64,000 bases of DNA, from assembly GCA_963844715.1 (NCBI GenBank), contig CAWJPJ010000007.1, positions 352,001 through 416,000 on the forward strand, written 5' to 3'. The number at the start of each line of letters is the position of its first letter. Position 1 is the stretch's first letter. The position numbers were made by a program, and so were the translations under genes. A model generated the notes under the pieces. It was not told where the DNA came from. It made no database searches and saw nothing but the letters and a program-made list of their open reading frames with translations. This DNA comes from an uncultured Phycisphaerales bacterium (GTDB lineage: Bacteria; Planctomycetota; Phycisphaerae; Tepidisphaerales; Tepidisphaeraceae). This document shows, piece after piece, positions 24,988 to 35,391 of the stretch.

Positions 24988-25863
24988 TTCCCCGTCAGCA
25001 GCGTATACGCCTCGATATATCGCTTCCGCGTCCCCATCACCACTACCTCCGGCAATTCCGGCGCCGGCGGCGTCTTGTCCCAATCCAGCTTCTCCAAATA
25101 ATTCCGCACGAATTGCTTGTCAAAGCTCGGCTGATCATGCCCCGGCTCATACTGATCCGCCGGCCAAAATCGACTGCTGTCCGGCGTCAGCACCTCGTCG
25201 ATCAAAATCAGCCTCCCATCCGCCAATCTTCCAAATTCAAATTTCGTATCCGCGATAATCACCCCGCATGATTTCGCATGCTCCGCCGCCTTCGAATACA
25301 GCGACAGCGTCCGATCCCGTAGAACGCTTGCCGTCGCTCCCCCGATCCGCGATACCGTCTCCTCATAGCTCACATTCATGTCGTGCCCCGATTCCTCCTT
25401 CGTCGCCGGCGTGAAGATCGGCTTGGGCAACTGTTCACATTGCTTCAATCCCGCCGGCAGCGGAATCCCGCACACCGTCTGCGATGCCTTGTATTCCTTC
25501 CACCCCGACCCCGTAATGTACCCCCGCGCCACGCATTCGATGGGCGACAACCGTCGCCTTCTTCACCAGCATCGACCGCCCCGCGATCTGGTCCGCAAAC
25601 GCCAGCAGCGACTTCGGAAAATCCGAAACCTCCGTCGCGATCAAATGGTTCTCAAACTGCTCGTGAAATTTCTCGAACCAGAACAGGCTCAGCGCCGTCA
25701 GCACCTTCCCCTTGTCGGGAATCCCGTTCGGCATTACCACGTCAAACGCGCTGATCCGATCCGTCGCCACGATCAGCAGGTTCTGCCCCAGGTCGTAAAC
25801 ATCGCGAACTTTCCCCCGCCGCACCGGAAACGGTAGGGACGATTGCAGTAAAGGTTTATCCAT
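24969..25863 (-). CDS. purC: SAICAR synthetase (frameshift near 25545)
   Basis: [62 protein letters not shown]. Confidence 0.95.
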
Positions 25864-26027
25864 CCCCGCAGATTATGAAATGACCCTTCGGAACGCAAAA
25901 TATTGGGGATTCGATCGATGTCCGGGCTCCCTATTTTCCCCTCGCCCTGTACTCGGGGGGAGCACTCCTTGTCCCCTTCCGTTAGTTTCGGCACGATGGG
26001 AGGGGGGGCACCCCGCACGCGTCGAAA

Positions 26028-27064
26028 CTATTGCGCCTGCACAAGCCCCACCGCATCCAAATTCATCCCGCTTCGCCCAAAAATCCCCACCACCGGCTGC
26101 CCATTATTCCCCAGCGTCTGCTGAAAATGCCCCGTCGGTACCCCGAACCAGTCGCTCATATAACTCTTATTCGCTTCAAGCAACCCGTTTTCATGCCGCA
26201 CATAAATCACGCGAAACGCGTTCACGCAATCGTCGCTGTCCACCACCAGCCCGCCGACGATATATCCGTCATTCGCAAGCAGCACATCCGTTCCCGTAGG
26301 GGGGGAATCCGTCGCCGACGCATAAATCGGCTCAAGCTTGTGCACGATTCGATGCCCCATCCAATCCGCCAGCGACGCATTGAACCCGATCACCTGATCG
26401 TTAGCCGTCTTCACCGCCACGAACGCCGACCCGCCCGATCCCCCCACGATGTCCGTCTTAGTGCACCCGTCGGGAATATCCGAATTGAGGCGATTCCGCC
26501 GCGTCCGCCGCACCTTCTGCGGCTCATCTCCAAATCCGCGCACAATCTCGGGCATCTCCTCGCCAGCCCCCCGCTGCGCCGTCGCTCCCGCAATCACCGG
26601 CCTCCCAAAATCCGTGTAAAGAATTTCAATCCGGCGGTAAACCGCGCTCCCGCGCAACGAAGGGCTCCCGTCCCCCACCAGCCGCACCTCCAACGGCTCA
26701 AGCGTTCCGCTCTCAAAAAGCACTTGCAGCTTCGCATCCTGATCGTCGCTCAAAATATCGCGCACCGATTGCCCCGACGCGGCCAAAATCTCCTTCGAGC
26801 GGTCCACCAAACTCCCCGAATCCCCCGACAGGTTCTCCAACTGAAACTCCATTCGATCTTTCGCCGTGCTCAATTGCGGCTCCTGATCTCCGTCCACGGC
26901 CAGCGTATCCTCCACCTTCGGGCAAAGCAGCACCGTGCAATAGTCCGAAATCGTGAGCGCCCGGACTTCAATGCCGGTTTCGTCGTCGGCGCCGTCGCCG
27001 GCATCTCCGCCAGCCCGGCGATCCCCATCATCAACACAGCCATGGCGAATAACGCCGCTCGCAT
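26028..27064 (-). CDS. Secreted protein with a C-terminal jacalin-like (beta-prism) lectin domain (frameshift near 26935)
   Basis: Signal peptide MRAALFAMAV...; 'IVGGSGGSAF' at the domain start and 'VVGIFGRSGMNLDAVGL' at the end. Confidence 0.55.
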
Positions 27065-27163
27065 GCCCCGAATCCTAAATTTGACCCCGCCGCCGGGCAA
27101 GTTACTTCCCCCTTTGAGCCGGTGCGCCGCTCCATTAAGATGCTCCCTGCGGCTCGATTCGTT

Positions 27164-28673
27164 ATGCCAATCAAATTCGAGATTTATCGCGATGGACGCC
27201 GCGTGACTCAGTTCACGCCCATCTCCGCAATGGCCATCGGGCCCGAGAGCGTCCCGCTCCCCGCCGAGGTCTTCTTCCGCGACGGACACCTGGTCATCCA
27301 TCGCAGCGACGAATACGCCCTCGGCGTCGCCCTCCTCTGGGACGCCGGCCCCGCCGGCTCCTTCCACCTCGAAACTACGCGCGTCCAGCCCGCGCGAAAA
27401 GCCGTATAACCTCAACGTCGAACTCGCCCGCGCCCGCCTCATGAAAATCGTCCAGAAGCAGGAAGATTGGAACCTCTTCGATTTTCCCAAAGCCGAAAAA
27501 CTCAACCAGAAATTGCGCGAAGCCCAGGCGATCTTCGCCGATTCCCTCGGCAAGCCCGACCCCGCCGAAGCCGCCAAGCTCGCCGATCAGGCGCTGGCCG
27601 CCGCCCTCGATCTTTCCGAGCAGTTCGCCTCCTTCCACGGCGAGCTTCTCATCAACCGTCGAAAATCCGCCAACGGCTTCGTCAAGCACATCTTCGGCTG
27701 CCGAGTCGATTCAACCGTCCAGAACGCCAAGTACAAGGAAACCTCCACATCCGGCTTTGATTACGCCGTTCTCCCAACCCGCTGGAAGCAGATGCAGCCC
27801 CAGGAACAAACCTTCGACGCCGCCGCCGTCGACGAATGGCTCGAAACCCTCGCCCGCAAAAGAATCCCCATCATCGCCGGCCCCCTCATCGACCTGAACG
27901 AAGGCGAAGTCCCCGATTGGATGTACATCTGGGAGCACGATGTCGACACCCTTCGCGAACTGGCTCTCGAGCACGTCCAGCGCGTCGTCGGCCGCTATCG
28001 CAAGGTCGTTTCAGTCTGGAACGTCGTCGCCGGCATCCACACCAACAGCGTTTTCACGCTCACCTTCGAGCAGATCATCGAACTCACGCGTCTCCTGGTC
28101 GCGGAGGTGAAAACCCTCCTCCCCACGGCTCGAACCATCGTCACCATCAAACACCCCTTCGGCGAATATCACTCCCGCAGCCGCGCCAGCGTACCCCCCA
28201 TGCTCTACGCCGAAATGGTCGCCCAGGCCGGCATCAGCTTCGAAGCCTTCGGCCTGGAATGGGAAATGGGCGTCCCCCTCCCCGGAATGTTCGACCGCGA
28301 TCTCTTCCAATTCAGCAGCATGCTTGATCGTTTCTCAACCCTCGGCCGTCCGGTATTCCTCACCGCCCTCGGCGTCCCCGGCCGCCCCGGCCCGGACCCC
28401 GAAGATCAATCCGAAGGAAAACTCGACCCCGCCCAGGCCGGCCGCTGGAAACGCCCGTGGGATCCCGACCTTCAAGCCGAATGGATCGACGCCGCCTATC
28501 GCATCGCGCTCAGCAAGCCCTATATCGAATCCATTGCCTGGGGAAATCTTGCCGACATGAACCCCACGCTCCCCGGCGGGGGGCTCCTCGACGGCATGCT
28601 CAAGCCCAAGCCAGGCTTCACCAAGATTCAGGAACTCCGCGAACACTTCCATCAGTTCCAACGGAAGGGGTAG
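27164..28673 (+). CDS. GH10-fold (xylanase-like TIM barrel) protein lacking the catalytic glutamates (frameshift near 27395)
   Basis: 'RWKQMQPQEQTFD', 'VQRVVGRY...SVWNVVAG', 'RFSTLGRPVFLTALG', 'IAWGNLAD', 'GLLDGMLKPKP'. Confidence 0.7.
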
Positions 28674-28679
28674 GGTCGG

Positions 28680-29067
28680 TTGGATGGAATCTGGACTGTC
28701 TCGCAACGTCGAGGTCTGATCGCAATTCTCGCCGCGATCATGCTCGCCCTGGCCGTCCGATTGTTTCTCAATCCCCGCACCATCCCCAATCCCCAGCCTC
28801 CCGACGGACCCGCCGCCGCCGAGCTTCAAGATCGCATCGATCCCAACCTGGCTACCGCCGCCGAACTCGCCGCCATCCCCGGCCTGGGCCAAAAACGCGC
28901 CGCCGATATTGTTCAATACCGGCAAAACTTTTACCAAAGACCATCCCGGCCGCCTCGCGTTTAACAAACTTCTCGACCTCGAGCGCGTCTCCGGGATCGG
29001 CGCCGGCCTCGCCGAAACCATGGAACCCTACCTCAATTTCCCATCTCAATCCGCAACGCGTCCATGA
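28680..29067 (+). CDS. ComEA-like helix-hairpin-helix DNA-binding protein (frameshift near 28935)
   Basis: TM segment, then 'IDPNLATAAELAAIPGLGQKRAADIVQYR' and 'DLERVSGIGAG'. Confidence 0.85.
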
Positions 29068-29084
29068 AGCTATAATGCAATCCT

Positions 29085-31160
29085 ATGCCCCCCTTTGAAG
29101 TCGTCAGTTCATTTCAGCCCCAGGGCGATCAGCCGCAGGCGATCGACAAACTCGCCGCCGGCGTCCGCGCCGGCCAACGCTTCCAAACCCTCATGGGCGT
29201 CACCGGATCCGGGAAAACCTTCACCATGGCCCACGCCATCGCCCGGCTGCAGAAACCCGCCCTCGTCATCTCCCACAACAAAACTCTTGCCGCCCAGCTC
29301 TACGAGGAGTTCAAGGAATTATTCCCCCAAAACGCCGTCGGATATTTCGTCAGCTATTACGATTACTACCAGCCCGAGGCGTACATCCCCCAGCGCGACA
29401 TCTACATCGAAAAAGACGCCAGCCGAAATGACGATCTCGACCGCCTCCGTCTCTCCGCCACCAGCAACCTCGTCAGCCGCCCGGATGTCCTCCTCGTCGC
29501 CTCCGTCTCCTGCATCTTCGGCCTCGGTTCCCCAACCGATTATAAAGCCTCCGTCCTGCCGATTCGCAAAAATGAAACCATCGACCGCGACGAAATGCTC
29601 CGCAAGCTGATCGATCTCCAGTACGCCCGCAACGACATCGACTTCAAACGCGGCACCTTCCGCGTCCGCGGCGACGTCGTCGAACTCCATCCCTCCTACG
29701 AGGAATTCGCCTATCGCCTCGAACTCTTCGGCGACGAAATCACCGCCATCGACGCCATTAATCCCCTCACCGGCGAACTGTTGCGCAGCGAGGATCAGAT
29801 CTTCATCTACCCCGCCGTGCATTATGTGATCCCCGAGGAGCGCGTCCACGGCGCCGTCCGTTCCATCCGCGAGGAATTGGAACTGCAGGTCATGAACCTC
29901 CGCGGCCAGGGCAAACTCCTCGAAGCCCAACGCCTCCTCGCTCGCACCAAATACGATTTGGAGATGATCCTCGAAGTCGGCTATTGCTCGGGAATCGAAA
30001 ACTACAGCCGCCATCTGGACGGCCGCAAGCCCGGCGAAAAGCCCTACACACTGATCGATTATTTCCCGAAGGATTTCCTCCTCTTCATCGACGAATCCCA
30101 CGTGACACTCCCGCAGCTCCACGCCATGTACAACGGCGACCGCCAGCGCAAGCAGGTCCTCGTCGATCACGGCTTCCGTCTCCCCAGCGCCATGGACAAT
30201 CGCCCCCTCAAGTTCGAGGAATTCCGCGACATGTGGCAGCAGGTCGTCTTCGTCTCCGCCACCCCCGGCAAATACGAATTGGAATCCACCGGCGGCGAAA
30301 TCGTCGAACAGGTCATCCGGCCCACCGGCCTCGTCGACCCCGTAATCATCCTCCATTCCGCCCAGGGTCAGGTCCCCCATCTCCTGGAGCAAATCAAAAT
30401 CCGCGCCCGAAGAGGCGAGCGCGTCCTCGTCACGACACTAACCAAGCGATTGGCCGAGGATCTCAGCGCTTACATCCAGGAGGCCGGCATCCGCGGCCGT
30501 TACCTTCACAGCGAAATCCAAACCCTCGAACGCGTGGAAATCCTGACCGACCTTCGCAAGGGAGATTTCGACGTCCTCGTCGGCATCAATCTTCTCCGCG
30601 AAGGCCTCGACCTCCCCGAAGTCTCCTTGGTCGCGATCCTCGACGCCGACAAAGCCGGCTTCCTCCGCAGCGAAACCTCCCTCATCCAAACCATCGGCCG
30701 AGCCGCCAGAAACGTCAACGCCGAGGTGATTCTCTACGGCGATCAGATCACCCCCGCCATGCAAAAAGCCATGGACGAGACCGAGCGCCGCCGAAAAATG
30801 CAGTTGCAATACAACGCCGACCACGGCATCACCCCCCAGACCATCCAAAAAGCCATCCGCACCAGCATCGAATCCGAAATGAAAGCCCACCGCGCTACCC
30901 GCGACGCCATCCACGAAACCACCGATCAATTCGATCAATCCGAACTGATCAGGCTGCTGGAAGAAGAAATGCTAGAAGCCGCCAAAAATCTCGAATTCGA
31001 ACGAGCCGCCCAACTCCGCGACAAGGTCAACGAACTAAAAGGCGTCCCCGTCATCCGCAGCGGCCGAACCTGGGAACCCCAGGTCGTCGATTCCGACCAG
31101 CGAGTAAAAATCTGGCGGCCGAGAAGCAAAGGCCGCGGCGGCAAGCGAACCGCGCAGTAA
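29085..31160 (+). CDS. uvrB: Excinuclease ABC subunit B
   Basis: [52 protein letters not shown], and a C-terminal UVR motif. Confidence 0.98.
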   Translation: MPPFEVVSSFQPQGDQPQAIDKLAAGVRAGQRFQTLMGVTGSGKTFTMAHAIARLQKPALVISHNKTLAAQLYEEFKELFPQNAVGYFVSYYDYYQPEAYIPQRDIYIEKDASRNDDLDRLRLSATSNLVSRPDVLLVASVSCIFGLGSPTDYKASVLPIRKNETIDRDEMLRKLIDLQYARNDIDFKRGTFRVRGDVVELHPSYEEFAYRLELFGDEITAIDAINPLTGELLRSEDQIFIYPAVHYVIPEERVHGAVRSIREELELQVMNLRGQGKLLEAQRLLARTKYDLEMILEVGYCSGIENYSRHLDGRKPGEKPYTLIDYFPKDFLLFIDESHVTLPQLHAMYNGDRQRKQVLVDHGFRLPSAMDNRPLKFEEFRDMWQQVVFVSATPGKYELESTGGEIVEQVIRPTGLVDPVIILHSAQGQVPHLLEQIKIRARRGERVLVTTLTKRLAEDLSAYIQEAGIRGRYLHSEIQTLERVEILTDLRKGDFDVLVGINLLREGLDLPEVSLVAILDADKAGFLRSETSLIQTIGRAARNVNAEVILYGDQITPAMQKAMDETERRRKMQLQYNADHGITPQTIQKAIRTSIESEMKAHRATRDAIHETTDQFDQSELIRLLEEEMLEAAKNLEFERAAQLRDKVNELKGVPVIRSGRTWEPQVVDSDQRVKIWRPRSKGRGGKRTAQ

Positions 31161-31182
31161 GGTAAAAATGGGCAGGTGCGAT

Positions 31183-31482
31183 ATGCGCGAAATTAAAGGC
31201 GATTTTCCCATCGCTATTCACCCGGGAGAAACCCTACAGGAAATGCTCGACGAGCGCATGATTTCCCAGTCCCGCCTCGCAAAGCATCTCCGAACCGACG
31301 TCGCCCGGATCAACGAAATCTGCCGCCGCCGCCGCGGAATCTCCGCCTCCATGGCCGTCCTACTCGGCAAAGCCCTTGGAATGTCCCCCGGGCTCTGGAT
31401 GAATTTGCAGAAAAATTGGGAATTGAGCCAGGTCGACACCCGCACCGCCCGATCCATCCGACCCCTCCGCAGATCCGCTTAA
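31183..31482 (+). CDS. higA: HigA-family antitoxin / XRE HTH protein
   Basis: IHPGETLQE...RINEICRRRRGISASMAVLLGKALGMSPGLWMNLQ. Confidence 0.85.
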   Translation: MREIKGDFPIAIHPGETLQEMLDERMISQSRLAKHLRTDVARINEICRRRRGISASMAVLLGKALGMSPGLWMNLQKNWELSQVDTRTARSIRPLRRSA

Positions 31483-31580
31483 ACCTCGTCCCACCGATCA
31501 TTCGTGAAAGCCAACAGATAGCCATCCGTTGGGTCCTCCCGCGCGTGTATAATATATTGTGGACTGCGGAGAATCCGAAT

Positions 31581-32489
31581 ATGAGCATCGCCTCTCAATT
31601 CCCTCCCTTCGAAGAAGTCACCCCCATCATCCAGTTGGCCCGTCGTGAGGATTTGCACGAGGACGACGTCACCAGCCGCCTCATGATCCCCGCCGATGCC
31701 GTCGGCGTCGGAACGCTCACGCAAAAAGAAGTCGGCATCACCTGCGGCCTCCCCATCGTCGAAATGGTCTGCAGCATCTACGACTCCCGCCTGCGCGTCG
31801 AGCCCATCCCCGGCTTCCATTTCGACATCATCGAAGGCCGCTTCTGCGAAGCCCGCAGCCAACCCCTGGTCCGAATCCGCGGCCCCCTCCGTTCCCTCCT
31901 CTCCGCCGAGCGCGTCCTGTTGAATTTCATGCAGCACTTATCCGGCGTGGCGAGTCTCACCCAGCGCTTCGTCCGCCGCGTCGAAGGAACCGGCGCGAAA
32001 ATCTACGACACCCGAAAGACCATCCCCGGCCTGCGCCTCCTCGAGAAATACGCCGTCCGCTGCGGCGGGGGGGTCAACCATCGCGTCGGCCTCTACGACG
32101 GTCTCCTCGCCAAGGACAATCACATCGCCGGCGTCGATATCAAATTACTGGCCGCCCATCTCTCCGGCGTCGTCGAAAAAAGCCGCGCCGAAGTCCCTGA
32201 CCGTTTTATCGAAATTGAAGTCGACAGCCTCGACCAGATGCGCGAAGTCCTCAAAGTCGACGGCGTTCACGTCATCCTCCTCGACAACATGGATTGCCCG
32301 CGTATGCAATCCGCCGTCGAACTCCGCGACAGGGCGGGCAAAAGAGGAAAAATCGCCCTCGAAGCCTCCGGCGGCGTCACCCTCGAAACCGTCCGATCCA
32401 TCGCCCTCACCGGTGTCGAGCGAATCTCCGTCGGCGCCATCACCCACTCCGCCCCGGCCTTAGATGTCGGTCTCGAAATCGAAACCTAG
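31581..32489 (+). CDS. nadC: Quinolinate phosphoribosyltransferase
   Basis: AERVLLNFMQHLSG, DTRKTIPG, NHRVGLYD, KDNH, EIEVD, LLDNM, EASGGV, ISVGAITHSA. TATAAT lies upstream at 31548-31553. Confidence 0.97.
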   Translation: MSIASQFPPFEEVTPIIQLARREDLHEDDVTSRLMIPADAVGVGTLTQKEVGITCGLPIVEMVCSIYDSRLRVEPIPGFHFDIIEGRFCEARSQPLVRIRGPLRSLLSAERVLLNFMQHLSGVASLTQRFVRRVEGTGAKIYDTRKTIPGLRLLEKYAVRCGGGVNHRVGLYDGLLAKDNHIAGVDIKLLAAHLSGVVEKSRAEVPDRFIEIEVDSLDQMREVLKVDGVHVILLDNMDCPRMQSAVELRDRAGKRGKIALEASGGVTLETVRSIALTGVERISVGAITHSAPALDVGLEIET

Positions 32490-32892
32490 ATATCGCCCTC
32501 ATCCCTTCCTAGGGTATTCCCATAGTTTTCGCAGGATGGATGAGCCTCCCGCAAACCTCCCGATTTTTATTTTTCCACCGCCGTTTATCGGACGCCCAGC
32601 CCGCCGGATCGCCCCAAAGACACCGCTTTCCGGTCCCCTGTAAAACGGGGCGACTTAAGTTGTCTGTGCCGCGCGACGATGACGGGGATGTTCCATTCCC
32701 TGTTGCGCGGATACGTCGCAAAACGCGTCGCGCCCGCACAGGTGGCCGACCGGTAATAAACGGTTTACCAATTGCGATGGAGCGTCGCTTACCTGGGTTG
32801 CCGCGGTCCTTATGTAAGGCTTCGGCCCTCAAACGCGCCGTTCGCGAATATCCACGATCGGCGGGCGCAACACACTGTGAGGAGGACATCGC

Positions 32893-33366
32893 ATGTCCGC
32901 GATTCGTCAGTCAACGCGTAAGGCGTTTACGCTGGTGGAAATTCTGATCGTCGTGATTATCCTCGGGATTCTCGCCGCGATCGTCATTCCCCAGTTCACC
33001 AACGCCAGCAGCGACGCTCGCAACAGCAGCCTCGCCAGCACTCTCCAGACCCTGCGCAGCCAGGTCGAGCTCTTCAAGCTCCAGCACGGCGACACGCTGC
33101 CCAACCTGCTCACCACCACCACGGGCTGGGCGCCGTTCACCGGCACCACCACCTACGGAAACCCCGCCCAGACTTTCGGTCCCTACATGCAGGCGACCCC
33201 CGTCAATCCTGAAAACGGATTCAGCACCGTCATCGACAGCACCTCCGCTCCCGGCGCCACCGTCGCCACCGGGACCGGCTTCGTCTACGACTACAACGGC
33301 GGAAATGGTTCGGGTGAAATTTACGGCACGTCCGACACGGCCGGCACCATCGTCGCGCCTTATTAA
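32893..33366 (+). CDS. Major type IV pilin / GspG-like pseudopilin
   Basis: Class III signal RKA|FTLVEILIVVIILGILAAIVIPQF; strong RBS GAGGAGG. Confidence 0.93.
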   Translation: MSAIRQSTRKAFTLVEILIVVIILGILAAIVIPQFTNASSDARNSSLASTLQTLRSQVELFKLQHGDTLPNLLTTTTGWAPFTGTTTYGNPAQTFGPYMQATPVNPENGFSTVIDSTSAPGATVATGTGFVYDYNGGNGSGEIYGTSDTAGTIVAPY

Positions 33367-33371
33367 ACTTC

Positions 33372-33401
33372 CCGGGCCGTTTGGAGGCGCGCGCGGCCCG
33401 G
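33372..33401 (+). terminator. GC-rich hairpin directly after the major pilin (partial terminator or mRNA stabiliser)
   Basis: CCGGGCCG (33372-33379) pairs with CGGCCCGG (33394-33401); only a short T tail follows. Confidence 0.4.
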
Positions 33402-33541
33402 TTATCCCGGTTCTCCCGGCCCATGGCCCGGAGTCGCGCCCATTTTGAGTTAGGGCGAGGCCCCAGTGGCGAGCATGATCCCCATCCCCACCGACTCACT
33501 TCACGGCTCAAGCCGCCGTCCGAATCGCCGCGCCTTCCAGT

Positions 33542-34121
33542 TTGAAAGTAAAATCACGCGGCGCTCCTCGGCCGTACCAGCAACCGGCAACTAGCCGAAG
33601 GGCCGCCGCGGCGGCCAATTGGCAACTACTCTGCCTTCACGCTCGTCGAAATCCTCATCGTCGTGATCATCATTGGCATTCTAGCCTGCATCGTCATTCC
33701 GCAGTTCACCAGCGCCAGCCAGCAGACCCGCGAAAACACCATCAAGGACGACTTGCGCTATCTGCGAACACAAATCGAGGTCTTCAAGGCCCAGCACCAG
33801 GACATTCCCCCTGGATACACCAGCGGCAATCCCGACCGCGTCGCCTCCGCGCAGGCCTTTTCCGATCAGCTCACCATGCACACCGATATCAATTGCAACA
33901 CCAGCACCACTGCCTCCTCGCAGTTCTGCTACGGGCCCTATCTCAGCCAGTTGCCCACCAACCCGATTGATGGCGACGCGACGATGACCATGGTGGCCAA
34001 CAACCAGTCCATGCCCGCCCCCGACAGCACAACCGGATGGATCTACCAGCCCCAGACCCAACAGATCATGGTGAATCTCACCGGGAATGACAGCAGTGGC
34101 ACGCCGTACTACAGCTACTAA
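33542..34121 (+). CDS. Second GspG/PilA-like pilin (indel in the leader)
   Basis: SA|FTLVEILIVVIIIGILACIVIPQF in the frame of ORF 33663..34121; paralogous to the first pilin (FKxQH, GPY, PxNP). Confidence 0.88.
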
Positions 34122-34682
34122 TCCGGGCCAATTCCCGCGCGAGGCTTCACCCTTCTCGAGGCCCTCGCCGCCGCGGTGGTTTTGTCGATCCTGGTCATCG
34201 GCGTATGCGGCGTCCTTAGCCAGTCCTACCAGCAGACCCAGGCCTCACAGAGCAACGCCACCGGCGTTCTCCTCGCCCAGCAGCTCGCCGACGAAATCGC
34301 CTCCAAGCCCATGGCCGATCCCACCACCGGCTCCACCACCCTCGGCCCAGACACCGGCATGACCACCCGCGCCACCTTCACCCGTGCAACCAATTACGAC
34401 GGGTACACCGATACCAGCACCGCCCTCCCACTCCTGGCCGGCGGGTCCATGAATGTCACCAACCCACAGAATTTCCCCGGCAATTTCGTGTACACGCGCT
34501 CGGTGTTGCCCCTCTCCGGAGCGACATCCATGGTCGGCGCCAAAGTGATGTGCAATGGGACGTTGTATGACACGCTTTCTCCAACCACGAATTTCGCGAT
34601 TTTCACAGTGACTGTCACTTGTCCCGACGGAAACAGCGTGTCGATTCCCGGATTCACGGCCAACTATTCGGTCCAACGGTAA
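34087..34682 (+). CDS. Minor pilin, PilV/GspI-like (indel in the leader)
   Basis: RG|FTLLEALAAAVVLSILVIG...LAQQLADEI. Confidence 0.8.
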
Positions 34683-34685
34683 TTC

Positions 34686-35390
34686 ATGTTGAGAAAAGCT
34701 GCTAGTTGCCAGTCGCCAATCGCCAATAAAACTTGGCGGCGATTCCGCGCTTTTACGTTTGTCGAATTGATGATCGGATTGGTCATTACCGCAATGGTCC
34801 TAGCCGCAATGGCCGCCGTCATGACCGCCGTCGCTGAAGGATGGGAGGATGGAGCCGTCAGCCAGTCCACACAAATCCAGGCCAATCAGATTTACACCCG
34901 CGTCCAGAAAATCCTCTCCAGCGCCAAATTCATCGTCCTCCCCTCCGACGGCAGTTCCGGAAGCTCCATCATCTTCTGGGCCAACGACAACCTAATCGCC
35001 GATTCCACCGTCGAAGCCGGAGAACTGGGCCTCATCACCTGGGACAGCCCCACCCAGTCCCTCTACCTCTACGAAGCCGAGCCCAATCTAACCGGCAGCC
35101 AGCTCGCCGCCGCCGAAACCCAATTGAACTGGTCCACCCTCCAAACCCTCACGCCCGCCACGATCGAAAGCTGGACGACGTACATGCAAAAGACAACCCT
35201 CGGCGGCCCCGGCACCACAGGCAGCGCCAGCGCGCTCCAAATCACCGGCGCCAATTTCTATGTCACCGGCTTAAACAGCACCACCCAACTCCCCATCGTC
35301 GAATTCTCCCTAACCTTCACCAAGAACGGACAATCCGTAACCCTCTACAACTCCACCACAATGCGAGGCCCCAGCACTCAACCGAATTGA
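34686..35390 (+). CDS. Minor pilin, PilW/GspJ-like
   Basis: RA|FTFVELMIGLVITAMVLAAM. Confidence 0.85.
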   Translation: MLRKAASCQSPIANKTWRRFRAFTFVELMIGLVITAMVLAAMAAVMTAVAEGWEDGAVSQSTQIQANQIYTRVQKILSSAKFIVLPSDGSSGSSIIFWANDNLIADSTVEAGELGLITWDSPTQSLYLYEAEPNLTGSQLAAAETQLNWSTLQTLTPATIESWTTYMQKTTLGGPGTTGSASALQITGANFYVTGLNSTTQLPIVEFSLTFTKNGQSVTLYNSTTMRGPSTQPN

Positions 35391-35391
35391 A

